A DNA stretch of 64,000 bases from a virus (IMGVR_UViG_3300042010_000129:128001-192000), one strand, 5' to 3'. Shown: positions 46,239-55,167, counted from the stretch's first letter. The notes: generated from the letters alone by a model not told the origin. Made by a program: numbers and translations.

Positions 46239-47051
46239 TTATTCACCGTCGAGGTTGAAGAACTCCAACATCTGCTCCAAAGAACCGTGGAATTTTTGTT
46301 TCTCGCCACCGCCCAGCAGAACGTAATAGGCCATCATCTGGTCGTGGGGTTCGCCCATAGGCCACAGGTCGATAACACCGTGAATATTTACAGCTTTTGC
46401 CACGCCGTCAACGTTGATCACCGCGCACTGAACTTTTGCCAGTTTGCGAAGCATCGGATGGTCTTTGTGGATGCCGAAAAGATTGCTGGCGCTGAACGAA
46501 TAAACGCCGTCGTAATCGCCGTAGTATTTCGAGGAAGAATCCACGATGAACAAATGCGCTACGCGTCCGTCAGCGTTGAGGGTAGGCCCGCGATAACGCA
46601 GCAGCATTCCCTCTTCGAAATCTGCCGATTCACCGGTCGCCAAATCGAAGCCGACAATTTCGTGACCAACGATGCACAATTGATTGTGTGCTTTGGAAAC
46701 CATCACACCGCAACTATGCGAAAAGTTTTGCAGCACGTTGCGAATCATTTCCGCGTCGTCAGTTGGCACCGAATCGAAATTCAACATCGACGCCATCAGC
46801 ACCAGTTCGTCGGCCTGACCACGGGTGTGAATGTTGAGCGATTCTGAATGGCCCCAGCACTTCACCGGAACGCCAGAAGAACAGAAACCGGCACCTACCA
46901 CTTTCACGTCGTCGAAGCCCGTTTCGAACGTCATGGAAATGCAGACCTGCATATGTTCCGCAACGTCGGCGTGAGTCAGCTGCTCATGGTGCATCAGACC
47001 GATTTCGAATTGCATGTCACCTTTCGTGACTTGGAAGATTTCGTATTTCAT
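46239..47051 (-). CDS. KY...GAGF...C.G.SESL family domain (paralog 3 of 3) with C-terminal extension
   Basis: MKYEIF...H...VVGAGFC...CWGHSESL...RGQADE. Confidence 0.65.
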   Translation of the reverse strand: MKYEIFQVTKGDMQFEIGLMHHEQLTHADVAEHMQVCISMTFETGFDDVKVVGAGFCSSGVPVKCWGHSESLNIHTRGQADELVLMASMLNFDSVPTDDAEMIRNVLQNFSHSCGVMVSKAHNQLCIVGHEIVGFDLATGESADFEEGMLLRYRGPTLNADGRVAHLFIVDSSSKYYGDYDGVYSFSASNLFGIHKDHPMLRKLAKVQCAVINVDGVAKAVNIHGVIDLWPMGEPHDQMMAYYVLLGGGEKQKFHGSLEQMLEFFNLDGE

Positions 47052-47296
47052 TTTCCATTTCTCCGGAAAACCCAGTCGCCTAGTGGGCGGTAGAAAAGAG
47101 GCAGGGCCATAATCAAGATCCACACCATTTGCCACAGCATCAGGTAGGAGAAAATCATTCCGCTTTTACCCAGCGTACCGGCCAGCGCATCGCAGACAAA
47201 CCAATATGAGGCCGGGACTGCGTAAAGCGTTGCGAGAATGATCAACCACCACGCTTTACGCGGAGTGCTTTTGAGATAATTCAGTAGACGTTTCAC
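47048..47296 (-). CDS. two-TM membrane protein
   Basis: Hydrophobic, GTGA coupling. Confidence 0.6.
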   Translation of the reverse strand: MKRLLNYLKSTPRKAWWLIILATLYAVPASYWFVCDALAGTLGKSGMIFSYLMLWQMVWILIMALPLFYRPLGDWVFRRNGK

Positions 47297-47502
47297 AGTC
47301 TTTGAATCCAGTCGAAAACATCACTGCCGATGGCAGCGTACAGCATGCACCAGCAATAGATCAGGGCAGACATTGCGGCGATGCGCCCGTGAGGAATATT
47401 CGGTCGCGGCCACCACATGGCCCAAACAAACAGGTAGGTGAAAATGAGCGGAAGAAACATCCAGATAAACGTGTACACCTGTTTCAACAATTCCGGATTC
47501 AT
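47293..47502 (-). CDS. two-TM membrane protein
   Basis: Hydrophobic, TAATG coupling. Confidence 0.6.
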   Translation of the reverse strand: MNPELLKQVYTFIWMFLPLIFTYLFVWAMWWPRPNIPHGRIAAMSALIYCWCMLYAAIGSDVFDWIQRL

Positions 47503-48254
47503 TACCCAACCACCTTAACCATTTCCAGATCCAGCGTTACCGGCATTTCGTATGGCTTCGGCGTTTCCTCAACCTGCACCACGCAAATCATTTGATCCAC
47601 GAAAGAACGGTGCCAACCATCGTGGCCGATCATGCAGCAGATTTTACCTTCGAGTTTTCCGCGCAGTTTGATCGCGATAAATTCACGCGGGTTAATCACG
47701 TTGACGAACGCGATTTGCGCCGGGCGCATTTCAGGCTGGATCACGTGGGCCTGAAAGTATTTGAAACCGTATTTGAAAATCATACGGTCTTCAATGTAGT
47801 CGGGGAACAGATCGCCCCAGCGCCGGTGCAGTTCGGCTTCGACTTTGCCGCCGAGTTCTTTTACTTTTTCTTGTGCTGCATCGTAGTCTTTTACGAAGCC
47901 AACCACCATGTGACCAGAACGGCCCGGATCGAGGGATTCTTCCAGCGAACGGCGCAATGCGGTTTCGAAATTCTCGCGCATGATTTTCTGAACCATGTCG
48001 GCACCGGCCAACGTGTAGTAATCGTGTTCGATATCGCCGCCGTGAATGTACTGCGTAGCCATGTGAACGTTTTCGTTACCGTCAATATCCGTACCGAAAA
48101 AACGAACAACACCGAAGTCGCCTTCCTCGCCATCGACGTAAACATAATCGTCGTTGTTTGTGGTCAGGGTGTCGGCCCACTTCGCAACAGCTTCGTCCAG
48201 CATGTTGCCGTAATGCAAACGAACATTTGACATGGTGTAGTTCCTTAGTGCCAA
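47502..48254 (-). CDS. hypothetical protein
   Basis: 250 aa. The start may be the internal MSNV. Confidence 0.65.
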   Translation of the reverse strand: MALRNYTMSNVRLHYGNMLDEAVAKWADTLTTNNDDYVYVDGEEGDFGVVRFFGTDIDGNENVHMATQYIHGGDIEHDYYTLAGADMVQKIMRENFETALRRSLEESLDPGRSGHMVVGFVKDYDAAQEKVKELGGKVEAELHRRWGDLFPDYIEDRMIFKYGFKYFQAHVIQPEMRPAQIAFVNVINPREFIAIKLRGKLEGKICCMIGHDGWHRSFVDQMICVVQVEETPKPYEMPVTLDLEMVKVVG

Positions 48255-48595
48255 GTGGATACGGCGAAGTATTGCAGTTTGTCTTCCAGCTGCTTTTGAT
48301 CAGCTTCAGACAGGCCGCGCTTTTTACCGTGTGCAATCAGTTCCGCTTTGACGGTTTCGACCAGTTTCACACGGGCTTTGAATTCGGGGTTACGTTTGCA
48401 ATCGTACACAAGGCCAACGCACATAAAGTTCGGGGAGAATTCGTATTTTTGTCCGCAATCAAATTCTACAGATTCGTTCCAGTGGCCGTTGCAATGCTGT
48501 GCCCACTTCCGGGTTTCTTTCACAGTGCCACAACCGCACAACGGGCAGCGGGTTACGTCAGTCAGACGTTTGATGCCAATCTGGAAATCAGTCAT
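48245..48595 (-). CDS. Cys-rich zinc-binding protein
   Basis: CPLCGC...HCNG.W.E...F.CG. Confidence 0.65.
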   Translation of the reverse strand: MTDFQIGIKRLTDVTRCPLCGCGTVKETRKWAQHCNGHWNESVEFDCGQKYEFSPNFMCVGLVYDCKRNPEFKARVKLVETVKAELIAHGKKRGLSEADQKQLEDKLQYFAVSTWH

Positions 48596-48843
48596 GTGCT
48601 TTTCCTTGTACCTTTACGAAGTGGTTTCCGTTCCGGTTCCCACCGCTCTGTGATTTGTTCGCAGCACCGGGCAATTTGACCATCGGTGACGCCGGGGTTT
48701 TGCTCGCGCAGTTCCGTCCTGATAAATTTACCGGACGATTTAGGATACTGCCGCGTGAGGTTCACGATGCCTCGAATGATATCGAAATCATCGTACAAAT
48801 ATTCAGGCTCGAAATCTTCTTGAACAACCTTTGGTTTTTTCAT
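48592..48843 (-). CDS. hypothetical protein
   Basis: GAGGAAGTGTAAGATG leader. Confidence 0.6.
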   Translation of the reverse strand: MKKPKVVQEDFEPEYLYDDFDIIRGIVNLTRQYPKSSGKFIRTELREQNPGVTDGQIARCCEQITERWEPERKPLRKGTRKST

Positions 48844-48856
48844 CTTACACTTCCTC

Positions 48857-48883
48857 AAAAAGGGGAATCCCGTAGGACTCCCC
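48857..48883 (-). terminator. intrinsic terminator with UACG tetraloop
   Basis: GGGGAGTCC-TACG-GGATTCCCC-TTTTT. Confidence 0.85.
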
Positions 48884-48891
48884 CGACCAGA

Positions 48892-49497
48892 TTATTGCGC
48901 TGGCTTTTTGCTCATGTCGTACAGGCCTTGATCTTTGCCGGTTTCGAACGAAGTCGCGGTACGCTCGTTCATCAACGGCGCGTATTTGTCCGGGCCATCG
49001 TTACAACCGATTTCCAGTTTGGCGGCGCCAGTAATACCGATCACGATATTATTCGGGAACACCGAACGATAGGTACACGCAGCGGTTTTGCGATCAGTCA
49101 TCATCTTTTCTTCGTGCGTGTACTTGTCACGACCTTGGTCGATCAGGTTCACGATTTTCATCGCCAGTTCTTGCGAAGCCGGGATATTGTTTTCACGCAG
49201 GAAAAGCACAGTCGCTTTCATACCTTCGGCACCGGAACGCAACTTGATTTGTTCGTTCACAGTTTTGCGGATGTTTTCGACGTTCATGTCTTGCACGCCG
49301 ATGGCTTCTTGCACCTTCTGGCTCAGGTTCGACAGAACGGCCTGACGGCTTTTGTTCGCACCGACGATACCGGCTTCCTGACGCACGACCGTGTTATTGA
49401 TGCTGACGACCCACAGGCCCAACGCAATAACGAGGCCGATAGCTACCATAGCGCCGACCGAGATAAAACCGCCTTGTTTCGATTTCATTATTTCCAT
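48892..49497 (-). CDS. LemA-like membrane-anchored helical protein
   Basis: N-terminal TM followed by SINNTVVRQEAGI...QAVLSNL..KV.E, the LemA architecture. Confidence 0.55.
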   Translation of the reverse strand: MEIMKSKQGGFISVGAMVAIGLVIALGLWVVSINNTVVRQEAGIVGANKSRQAVLSNLSQKVQEAIGVQDMNVENIRKTVNEQIKLRSGAEGMKATVLFLRENNIPASQELAMKIVNLIDQGRDKYTHEEKMMTDRKTAACTYRSVFPNNIVIGITGAAKLEIGCNDGPDKYAPLMNERTATSFETGKDQGLYDMSKKPAQ

Positions 49498-49502
49498 TTT
49501 CC

Positions 49503-49607
49503 TTAGTTGGTACAGCTTTTGAGGGCAAACAACGCAACACCGACAATCAGCACAACGATCAGAAGTTCGATCAGCGTGAAGCCCTTAGATTTCTTTGGAG
49601 ATTTCAT
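49503..49607 (-). CDS. 34-aa headless type IV prepilin-like peptide (class III signal peptide; not in ORF track)
   Basis: MKSPKKSKG/FTLIELLIVVLIVGVALFALKSCTN: basic leader, G-1, F+1, E+5 and hydrophobic helix. GGGA RBS; fills the gap between two genes. Confidence 0.85.
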   Translation of the reverse strand: MKSPKKSKGFTLIELLIVVLIVGVALFALKSCTN

Positions 49608-49618
49608 ATTGGTTCCCG

Positions 49619-50689
49619 TTAGAAAAAACCGAACTTGCGATGGCGCCGACCGTAGGCGTTACGTCTGTCCAGTATATAGTTTACAGTTAATGACGGGATC
49701 ACCACGATTGCCAGCAGCGACAACGCAATCAACCAATAAGGCGGATCGTATTCGTCTTTCAGGAAGTCGTAACGTCCGAGGTCTTCGCGTTGGAAATACT
49801 GAAACGCACTATCCAGCGATTCGATATATCGGGCTGTGTCGTAACGATTCAGCTTCACCGCGTTGACGTGCATCAGATTGGAAAAGTTGAAGCCTTGCGG
49901 ATCGGTCAGGTTATCAGCCGACCGGGTAAACGAATTCGCGTTGATAACCCGGCCTTCTTTGTCCAGACGCATGATCACCACAGCATCGTTTTTCTTGCCA
50001 CCTTTCCACTTGCTTTTCAGCGCGTAATAAAAACCTTTGAAGTCGGTTTCTTCACGCAATGCAATGACGATCACGTTGACGCCGTGCATCGGCCCCCAGC
50101 GCTTTTGTGCCACGTTCAACTGGCGCGACAATTCGCGTTGGTCAACTTGCGGCGTGTTGGAGAATCCGCGCTGCACTTTGAAGCCCGCGTAAACATGCGG
50201 ATATTCCGGCAACCAACCTTTGTACTCTTCAGCGGCTTCGCGGTCGATCATCACCGTTTGTTCGCTCACGTTCTGGAAATTCAGAAAGCGTTTGCTGGTG
50301 GTGAACGGATCGCCTATTTGCGTGTTGGTGTAAATCTCCGGCGCACGAATGGATTGATGCGTGTATTCGCTGAATTTGTCACCGTCGATATCCGACACAA
50401 CGTCCCAGCGCCAGCGTGGAATTTCGCGGGTGCAGGTTTTCGTGTGGCCTTGGGAGTCTTTGCCGCAATCGTAGCTTTCAGTTTCTGGATCATAAACACG
50501 TTTTTTCTCCGCGACAGAACCGCTCAACAATTGCAGGTCGGACGCCTGCCAATACATCGGCCCGTAGTACACTGCGCACGATACGACCACACCGACAACA
50601 AAGCACGCGCCCGACGCCAGCCAGTCATGTTCCCGGTGGTGCCAATAGGCCGCAACCAAAAGGGCTGCGAAGAGATACGCAAAAATCAT
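49619..50689 (-). CDS. membrane protein with TPM-like periplasmic domain
   Basis: Two N-terminal TMs and one C-terminal TM. GVNVIVIA...ALKSKW.GGKKNDAVVIM resembles the TPM (YgcG) core. Confidence 0.55.
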   Translation of the reverse strand: MIFAYLFAALLVAAYWHHREHDWLASGACFVVGVVVSCAVYYGPMYWQASDLQLLSGSVAEKKRVYDPETESYDCGKDSQGHTKTCTREIPRWRWDVVSDIDGDKFSEYTHQSIRAPEIYTNTQIGDPFTTSKRFLNFQNVSEQTVMIDREAAEEYKGWLPEYPHVYAGFKVQRGFSNTPQVDQRELSRQLNVAQKRWGPMHGVNVIVIALREETDFKGFYYALKSKWKGGKKNDAVVIMRLDKEGRVINANSFTRSADNLTDPQGFNFSNLMHVNAVKLNRYDTARYIESLDSAFQYFQREDLGRYDFLKDEYDPPYWLIALSLLAIVVIPSLTVNYILDRRNAYGRRHRKFGFF

Positions 50690-50964
50690 TGGTAAATCTC
50701 CAAATTCCTTTTGACTTCAGGCCACGCCATGATGCCCTTGGAAATGTCCTGATCATCGACAGGAACCAGATTGTATTTAAACCCGCCTGCCGCATCGCCG
50801 TAGCCGCAAATCAGATTGTCCGCGTAGTCGTGCGACCAGTACGGGGCAAACCCGGCGTCGTAGAGCGCGTAAGCAATGCAGATTTCATCCTCGAACGTGA
50901 CCAGACGTTTTTCGCCGTTGGGCATACGGTTTGGATCGAACGGCATGTATTTATCCATTTGCAT
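50686..50964 (-). CDS. hypothetical protein
   Basis: Start moved to MQMDKY. Confidence 0.55.
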   Translation of the reverse strand: MQMDKYMPFDPNRMPNGEKRLVTFEDEICIAYALYDAGFAPYWSHDYADNLICGYGDAAGGFKYNLVPVDDQDISKGIMAWPEVKRNLEIYQ

Positions 50965-51499
50965 TTGGCGCCCCCGGTTGACGGAAGTTTTCGTTGATCC
51001 AGCGCACGGTTTTGTAAATGTCTTTACGCCCAAGAAACTCGATGTAAAACCATTTGCCATTTGGTTCGTGCGCACCGCCCTGAAAGAACGGTGACGAATT
51101 TCGACGGATTTGATAACCGGGTTTGTCGATCCACGTAGTGAACAATTCACCCATCAGGAATTCATGCAATTCTGGCGTGGCGTGATGCTCCAGAACTTGA
51201 ATGCCGATATCGTAGCGCTGGCACATGGTCGGGAAGAAACGCGGCACGCCATCGACCACACGTTGGCTCATGGTGTAGCCGGTGCGCATGTGAGAGTGGA
51301 AACCAATCACCGGCAGATTGTCGTCCACGATTTTGTACGTGCCGATAACACGATCCAAGTCATGATCGAAAATTTCGCCGTTATCCTGATAGGAAAGCAC
51401 GTCAGTGAAATGCTCTCCGAAGCCGAGGCCCCGCAGCAAAGAAGTGCAGCGTTCGCGCAGGGTTTCGCCCACGATAAATTCGCTCGCATCAAACGTCAT
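50951..51499 (-). CDS. hypothetical phage protein
   Basis: Start moved to MTFDAS. Contains PFFQGG.HEP.G.WFYIEF. Confidence 0.6.
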   Translation of the reverse strand: MTFDASEFIVGETLRERCTSLLRGLGFGEHFTDVLSYQDNGEIFDHDLDRVIGTYKIVDDNLPVIGFHSHMRTGYTMSQRVVDGVPRFFPTMCQRYDIGIQVLEHHATPELHEFLMGELFTTWIDKPGYQIRRNSSPFFQGGAHEPNGKWFYIEFLGRKDIYKTVRWINENFRQPGAPNANG

Positions 51500-51704
51500 G
51501 ACGGTATGCCTCCGGCAAATCATCCCAAGCCACTACGTCAACTTCCTGCCAGAAACCGAAAACGTCTTCGACCCAGCGACCACCATCGACGCAAACACCT
51601 TTATTAAATCGCACAACATCCGTAGTCATTCGACCACGAACGGTTGCGATGTAATCCCCGGTTTTACTCGGGGTATATTCGGTCTTCCAGTTAGCGACGG
51701 CCAT
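51489..51704 (-). CDS. DUF551-like small protein
   Basis: W...P...G.Y...V.AW..LPEAY. Confidence 0.55.
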   Translation of the reverse strand: MAVANWKTEYTPSKTGDYIATVRGRMTTDVVRFNKGVCVDGGRWVEDVFGFWQEVDVVAWDDLPEAYRHDV

Positions 51705-51946
51705 TAGTTATGCTCCACGTCACCGGCCCAGCCGTACACGCGGAAGCACTCGGTCATGAATTTGTTGTAATACCAGTTGTAGCCGTCTTCACTCAGACGT
51801 TCACGCACTGCACGCGGCAGTTCTTCGTCGGTGAAATCCACGTAGGATTCTTTATCCTCGACTGCGGCCTTCGTGATCTTTTCGATAGCCGCGTCGTACT
51901 CCGGCATATCCTCACGGATTTTATCTTTCAAATCTTGCAGGTTCAT
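51704..51946 (-). CDS. hypothetical protein
   Basis: 80 aa, acidic. Confidence 0.6.
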   Translation of the reverse strand: MNLQDLKDKIREDMPEYDAAIEKITKAAVEDKESYVDFTDEELPRAVRERLSEDGYNWYYNKFMTECFRVYGWAGDVEHN

Positions 51947-52752
51947 ACGTCACCCATTTTCTCGAAGCGCGTCTGCATAGGTTCGAAAACGATACCTTGC
52001 TGACGCAGGCTTTCTTCAACTTCGTCCAGCATTTTGCGCCGGGTTGCAATTTCGTGCGTGGTGTATTCATCACCCGTCTGATAACTGCGTGGAAGTTTCA
52101 CTTTATATTCTGGTTCGTCGCGGGCCGTAACCATCGCTTTGTAAATGGCCTCGACCGCGTTTTTGCCGTGCGCTTCTGCGTTCTCTTCGCCTTCCTCACG
52201 CTTACCGTCGAAATTTACTTCCGGCTCGGTATCGAAGAAACGACCGAGTGCCGTCATACCGGCTTTGATCATTTTTTCCGTGGTCTGGTATTTGAACGGC
52301 ACGGCGTATTCACGTTCAACCATTCCGGCAGTCAGATCGGTCAGCTGCGACAGTTGCGTTTGCAGTTCGTAAAACTTTTCCTGTACACCGTCAGCCGTGC
52401 GGGTAATCAGAGCCTTTGCCGCTACCTGCACAGCTTTTTCGAAATCGTCAAAATGCGCAGCACTCAGTTTCTGTTGAGCCAGACGATTCGCGAAATACGA
52501 CATGATTTTGTTGAAGTCTGCGTAGACCACGCGTTCGCTATTCAGGTAGATCGAAACTTTCATGCGTTCCGAATCCCACAGGGGATCGTCAACGATACGC
52601 GAAAGCGTTTCACGTGGTACAGCATCCAGCAGCACGAAATTGAACCAGCTGCCTTTGCCGCCGTTGTCGTTCTCGCCTTTCATGAAACTAACGAGTTCGA
52701 ATTCACCGGCCTCGAAAGCTTTGTCGATTGGCGATTGATTTTTCTCAGCCAT
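51943..52752 (-). CDS. hypothetical protein
   Basis: Start moved to MAEKNQ. Confidence 0.65.
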   Translation of the reverse strand: MAEKNQSPIDKAFEAGEFELVSFMKGENDNGGKGSWFNFVLLDAVPRETLSRIVDDPLWDSERMKVSIYLNSERVVYADFNKIMSYFANRLAQQKLSAAHFDDFEKAVQVAAKALITRTADGVQEKFYELQTQLSQLTDLTAGMVEREYAVPFKYQTTEKMIKAGMTALGRFFDTEPEVNFDGKREEGEENAEAHGKNAVEAIYKAMVTARDEPEYKVKLPRSYQTGDEYTTHEIATRRKMLDEVEESLRQQGIVFEPMQTRFEKMGDV

Positions 52753-53272
52753 TTTTCTCTTCCTTGTAACGACGATGTTCGGCGCGGCCACCATGATCAA
52801 CGATGCCCATTTTCAAAGTGCTGTAATCCATTGCATCCAGAATCACTTTTGCATGCGCCAACGCTTTTTCAACATCGGTAAAAATACTTTCCATGCGGAC
52901 ATGATTCGTTCCCCACGTGCGGCACATGGCATTCATGTAGGCCCGGATCATGTTGTTGAAATCGTCCAACGCATCCTGACGTTTCATCGCGTCTTGTGGC
53001 AGCACGATTTCCATGTTGCCGAATTTCAGGCGCGGAGTGAAATCCATACACGCTTGCCAGCCGTTCCACTGCATGGCGATAGCAGGATCGTCAGAGCCTT
53101 TTGGGTTCAGCTTGGATTTATCCAGAATCTGGCTTTCAAATTTCAGGCGGGATTCTCGCAGAAGTTTTCCGCGATAACGGGCGCAAGTTGCAGCCCATTC
53201 ATCAGCAGCTTTTTTCTGTGCCGCTTGGTACTCTTCGGGAGTGCCCAAAATATCTTCGAGGCTGCTTTTCAT
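52745..53272 (-). CDS. hypothetical protein
   Basis: Contains KFE...W.GWQA, a common phage motif. Confidence 0.6.
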   Translation of the reverse strand: MKSSLEDILGTPEEYQAAQKKAADEWAATCARYRGKLLRESRLKFESQILDKSKLNPKGSDDPAIAMQWNGWQACMDFTPRLKFGNMEIVLPQDAMKRQDALDDFNNMIRAYMNAMCRTWGTNHVRMESIFTDVEKALAHAKVILDAMDYSTLKMGIVDHGGRAEHRRYKEEKNG

Positions 53273-53487
53273 GTTCTACGCCTTCTTGTCCAGCGGGAAA
53301 ATTTACAGGTAAGAAAACTGATCACGATCAAGACAATCAGGAACCCGGCAAACGTAATCACCGGGCTATCGAAAAATACAATCTTGAAGCGACCGTTATA
53401 CCAATCAATTACTGGCATAAGGCACGACACAAAGCTTAACGCAATGGAATCACCGTGCCTTGCCCAAATGGAACGCAGAAAGTTCAC
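53269..53487 (-). CDS. two-TM membrane protein
   Basis: Hydrophobic with a basic tail. Confidence 0.6.
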   Translation of the reverse strand: MNFLRSIWARHGDSIALSFVSCLMPVIDWYNGRFKIVFFDSPVITFAGFLIVLIVISFLTCKFSRWTRRRRT

Positions 53488-53759
53488 TTGAACATTTTCT
53501 CTGCCGGAACGTTGTAAGTTTCCTGCGCCATCACCGAATAGAACAGGCGGGCCAGATCGGTGTGCGCTACCGGCGTTTTGTTCATCATGCGGCTGCGAAT
53601 TGCGCTCGCCATTTCAGGACTGACAAAACCGTTTTCGTCGAACAGCCCCGGCGCAATCAACGGCTTGTCGTTGACCTTCACCGAATTCTGTTTCAGCTGG
53701 CCGTTCGGCATGAACAGCGCGGACAGGGTTTTAGCAGCTTGCATATTTTTGTCGTTCAT
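53484..53759 (-). CDS. hypothetical protein
   Basis: 91 aa. Confidence 0.6.
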   Translation of the reverse strand: MNDKNMQAAKTLSALFMPNGQLKQNSVKVNDKPLIAPGLFDENGFVSPEMASAIRSRMMNKTPVAHTDLARLFYSVMAQETYNVPAEKMFK

Positions 53760-53760
53760 T

Positions 53761-54333
53761 TTATTGCTCCCGTTGGGCGATGCGCTGTTGCACGTAGTTG
53801 ATAAGTTCGTTCGTGGTTTGCCACGTCATGTCTTCGTCGGGAATTTCGAGGCTGAAATGTTCCTCGACACACAACGTCAGGTCGAACATGGAAATCTCGT
53901 TGAATTCCATTTCGCTGAATGGCGTGCTGGCCTTGATGTGGTCTGCGCGATAACCAAAACTACCGGCCACCATTTCGAGAATCGTGGCTTTCAGTTCTGG
54001 TGCCATTTCACTCGGCATAATTTCCTCTACTTCGTCAAATGGCACGGTGTTCGGCAGCGGGTAATTCTTGGCCGCGTCGTCGAGTGCAGCGCGCAGCGAC
54101 GGCTTTGGTTCCGTCCGCTCAAAGCGCCACATCAAATTGAATTCTTTGGCCGGTGTGCGCTGAAACATATTCGGGTTGATCGACAGGCCGCTATTCGACA
54201 GGGCCGTGCGGCGTTCCAGATAATCGAGGCGATCAGTGTCCTCGAAAAGTTCGCGCAATTTTGCAGCGAGTTTGTAATCGGTGGCGCACACCAATTCGTA
54301 TGCGCGTTGGCGTTCCTGTTTGGTCAGGCTCAT
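53761..54333 (-). CDS. phage N-terminal domain fused to an acyl-carrier-protein-like domain lacking the attachment Ser
   Basis: LK..IL..VA..FG...I..ST.F..M..NEI.MF.L...VEEHF.LEIPDED...TT..LINYV aligns with ACP. The DSL motif reads NEI. Confidence 0.75.
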   Translation of the reverse strand: MSLTKQERQRAYELVCATDYKLAAKLRELFEDTDRLDYLERRTALSNSGLSINPNMFQRTPAKEFNLMWRFERTEPKPSLRAALDDAAKNYPLPNTVPFDEVEEIMPSEMAPELKATILEMVAGSFGYRADHIKASTPFSEMEFNEISMFDLTLCVEEHFSLEIPDEDMTWQTTNELINYVQQRIAQREQ

Positions 54334-54335
54334 GA

Positions 54336-54605
54336 TTAATTCACCAGCTTACGAATGAGAAACGACGTGCGAGCATAACCGATTACTTTTGAATTCTTCG
54401 GTAGCTCAATTAGCTTTCCGTAGGCCTTGCGGGTTTTATGCCCTTGGCCTTTCCCGTACCAGTACCCGGCCATCAAATGCAGACCGGGCTGGCGGGCGTT
54501 TGCACCACGCTTGATATCTTGCTGCGTGATGTTGATCGCTACCCAATGGCGGCGACCGCTACCGGTTGTTTTCGCCGGAATTTTCACTAACGACAGGTTC
54601 TTCAT
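54336..54605 (-). CDS. basic hypothetical protein
   Basis: Start moved to MKNLSL. Confidence 0.55.
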   Translation of the reverse strand: MKNLSLVKIPAKTTGSGRRHWVAINITQQDIKRGANARQPGLHLMAGYWYGKGQGHKTRKAYGKLIELPKNSKVIGYARTSFLIRKLVN

Positions 54606-54798
54606 TTTCGTTTTCTTCCAGATTGCAGTCAGGGCACGGATCACAAACACTATCGACTTGACCATCACCCCACGGCACTAAACCACCGATCATTCCGTGG
54701 TCGCCGCAGGTCATGCATTTAATTGAGGCCAATCGTTCAAGCTGCTCAGGCGTCAACGGAACCGCTGGTGCAAATGGAATATCGTTCTCGCCTTCCAT
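54559..54798 (-). CDS. small zinc-finger protein (CxxCxxxG)
   Basis: CMTCGDHG...CDPCPDC. Confidence 0.6.
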   Translation of the reverse strand: MEGENDIPFAPAVPLTPEQLERLASIKCMTCGDHGMIGGLVPWGDGQVDSVCDPCPDCNLEENENEEPVVSENSGENNR

Positions 54799-54817
54799 CG
54801 ACTACCTCACTTTGTTT

Positions 54818-54904
54818 TTAAATTCCGCGAAGAAACCACGCGATTGCAAACGCTACGCCGACCACGCAAAATGCACCGGGCCACGATGTGATTATTTCTA
54901 CCAT
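54818..54904 (-). CDS. 28-aa single-TM peptide (not in ORF track)
   Basis: MVEIITSWPGAFCVVGVAFAIAWFLRGI. ATG overlaps the upstream stop region. Confidence 0.55.
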   Translation of the reverse strand: MVEIITSWPGAFCVVGVAFAIAWFLRGI

Positions 54905-55167
54905 TGTGGTGGTTCCTGTTCATGGCGCCACATTTCTTTTTGACGCACGATTTCTTCCATCTGTGCGCGCAGCGGTGCTTCCTCTTCGTGTTGCTTCACA
55001 CGGTCGGCACACGTTTCAGTTTTGATGCAATGCCCACCAGTCCACGAACAACCATAACCGTTGCTGCTGGTGCCGTAGATATGAGCGTTGATTTGTGTAC
55101 GCAACGGACAATCGGAATTCCCGTGGCCCGGATGATTTGCGTGATTACCTTTCTCAGGATGAATCAT
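54898..55167 (-). CDS. small Cys/His-rich protein
   Basis: H...H...CP...C..TGGHC...C. Confidence 0.55.
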   Translation of the reverse strand: MIHPEKGNHANHPGHGNSDCPLRTQINAHIYGTSSNGYGCSWTGGHCIKTETCADRVKQHEEEAPLRAQMEEIVRQKEMWRHEQEPPQW

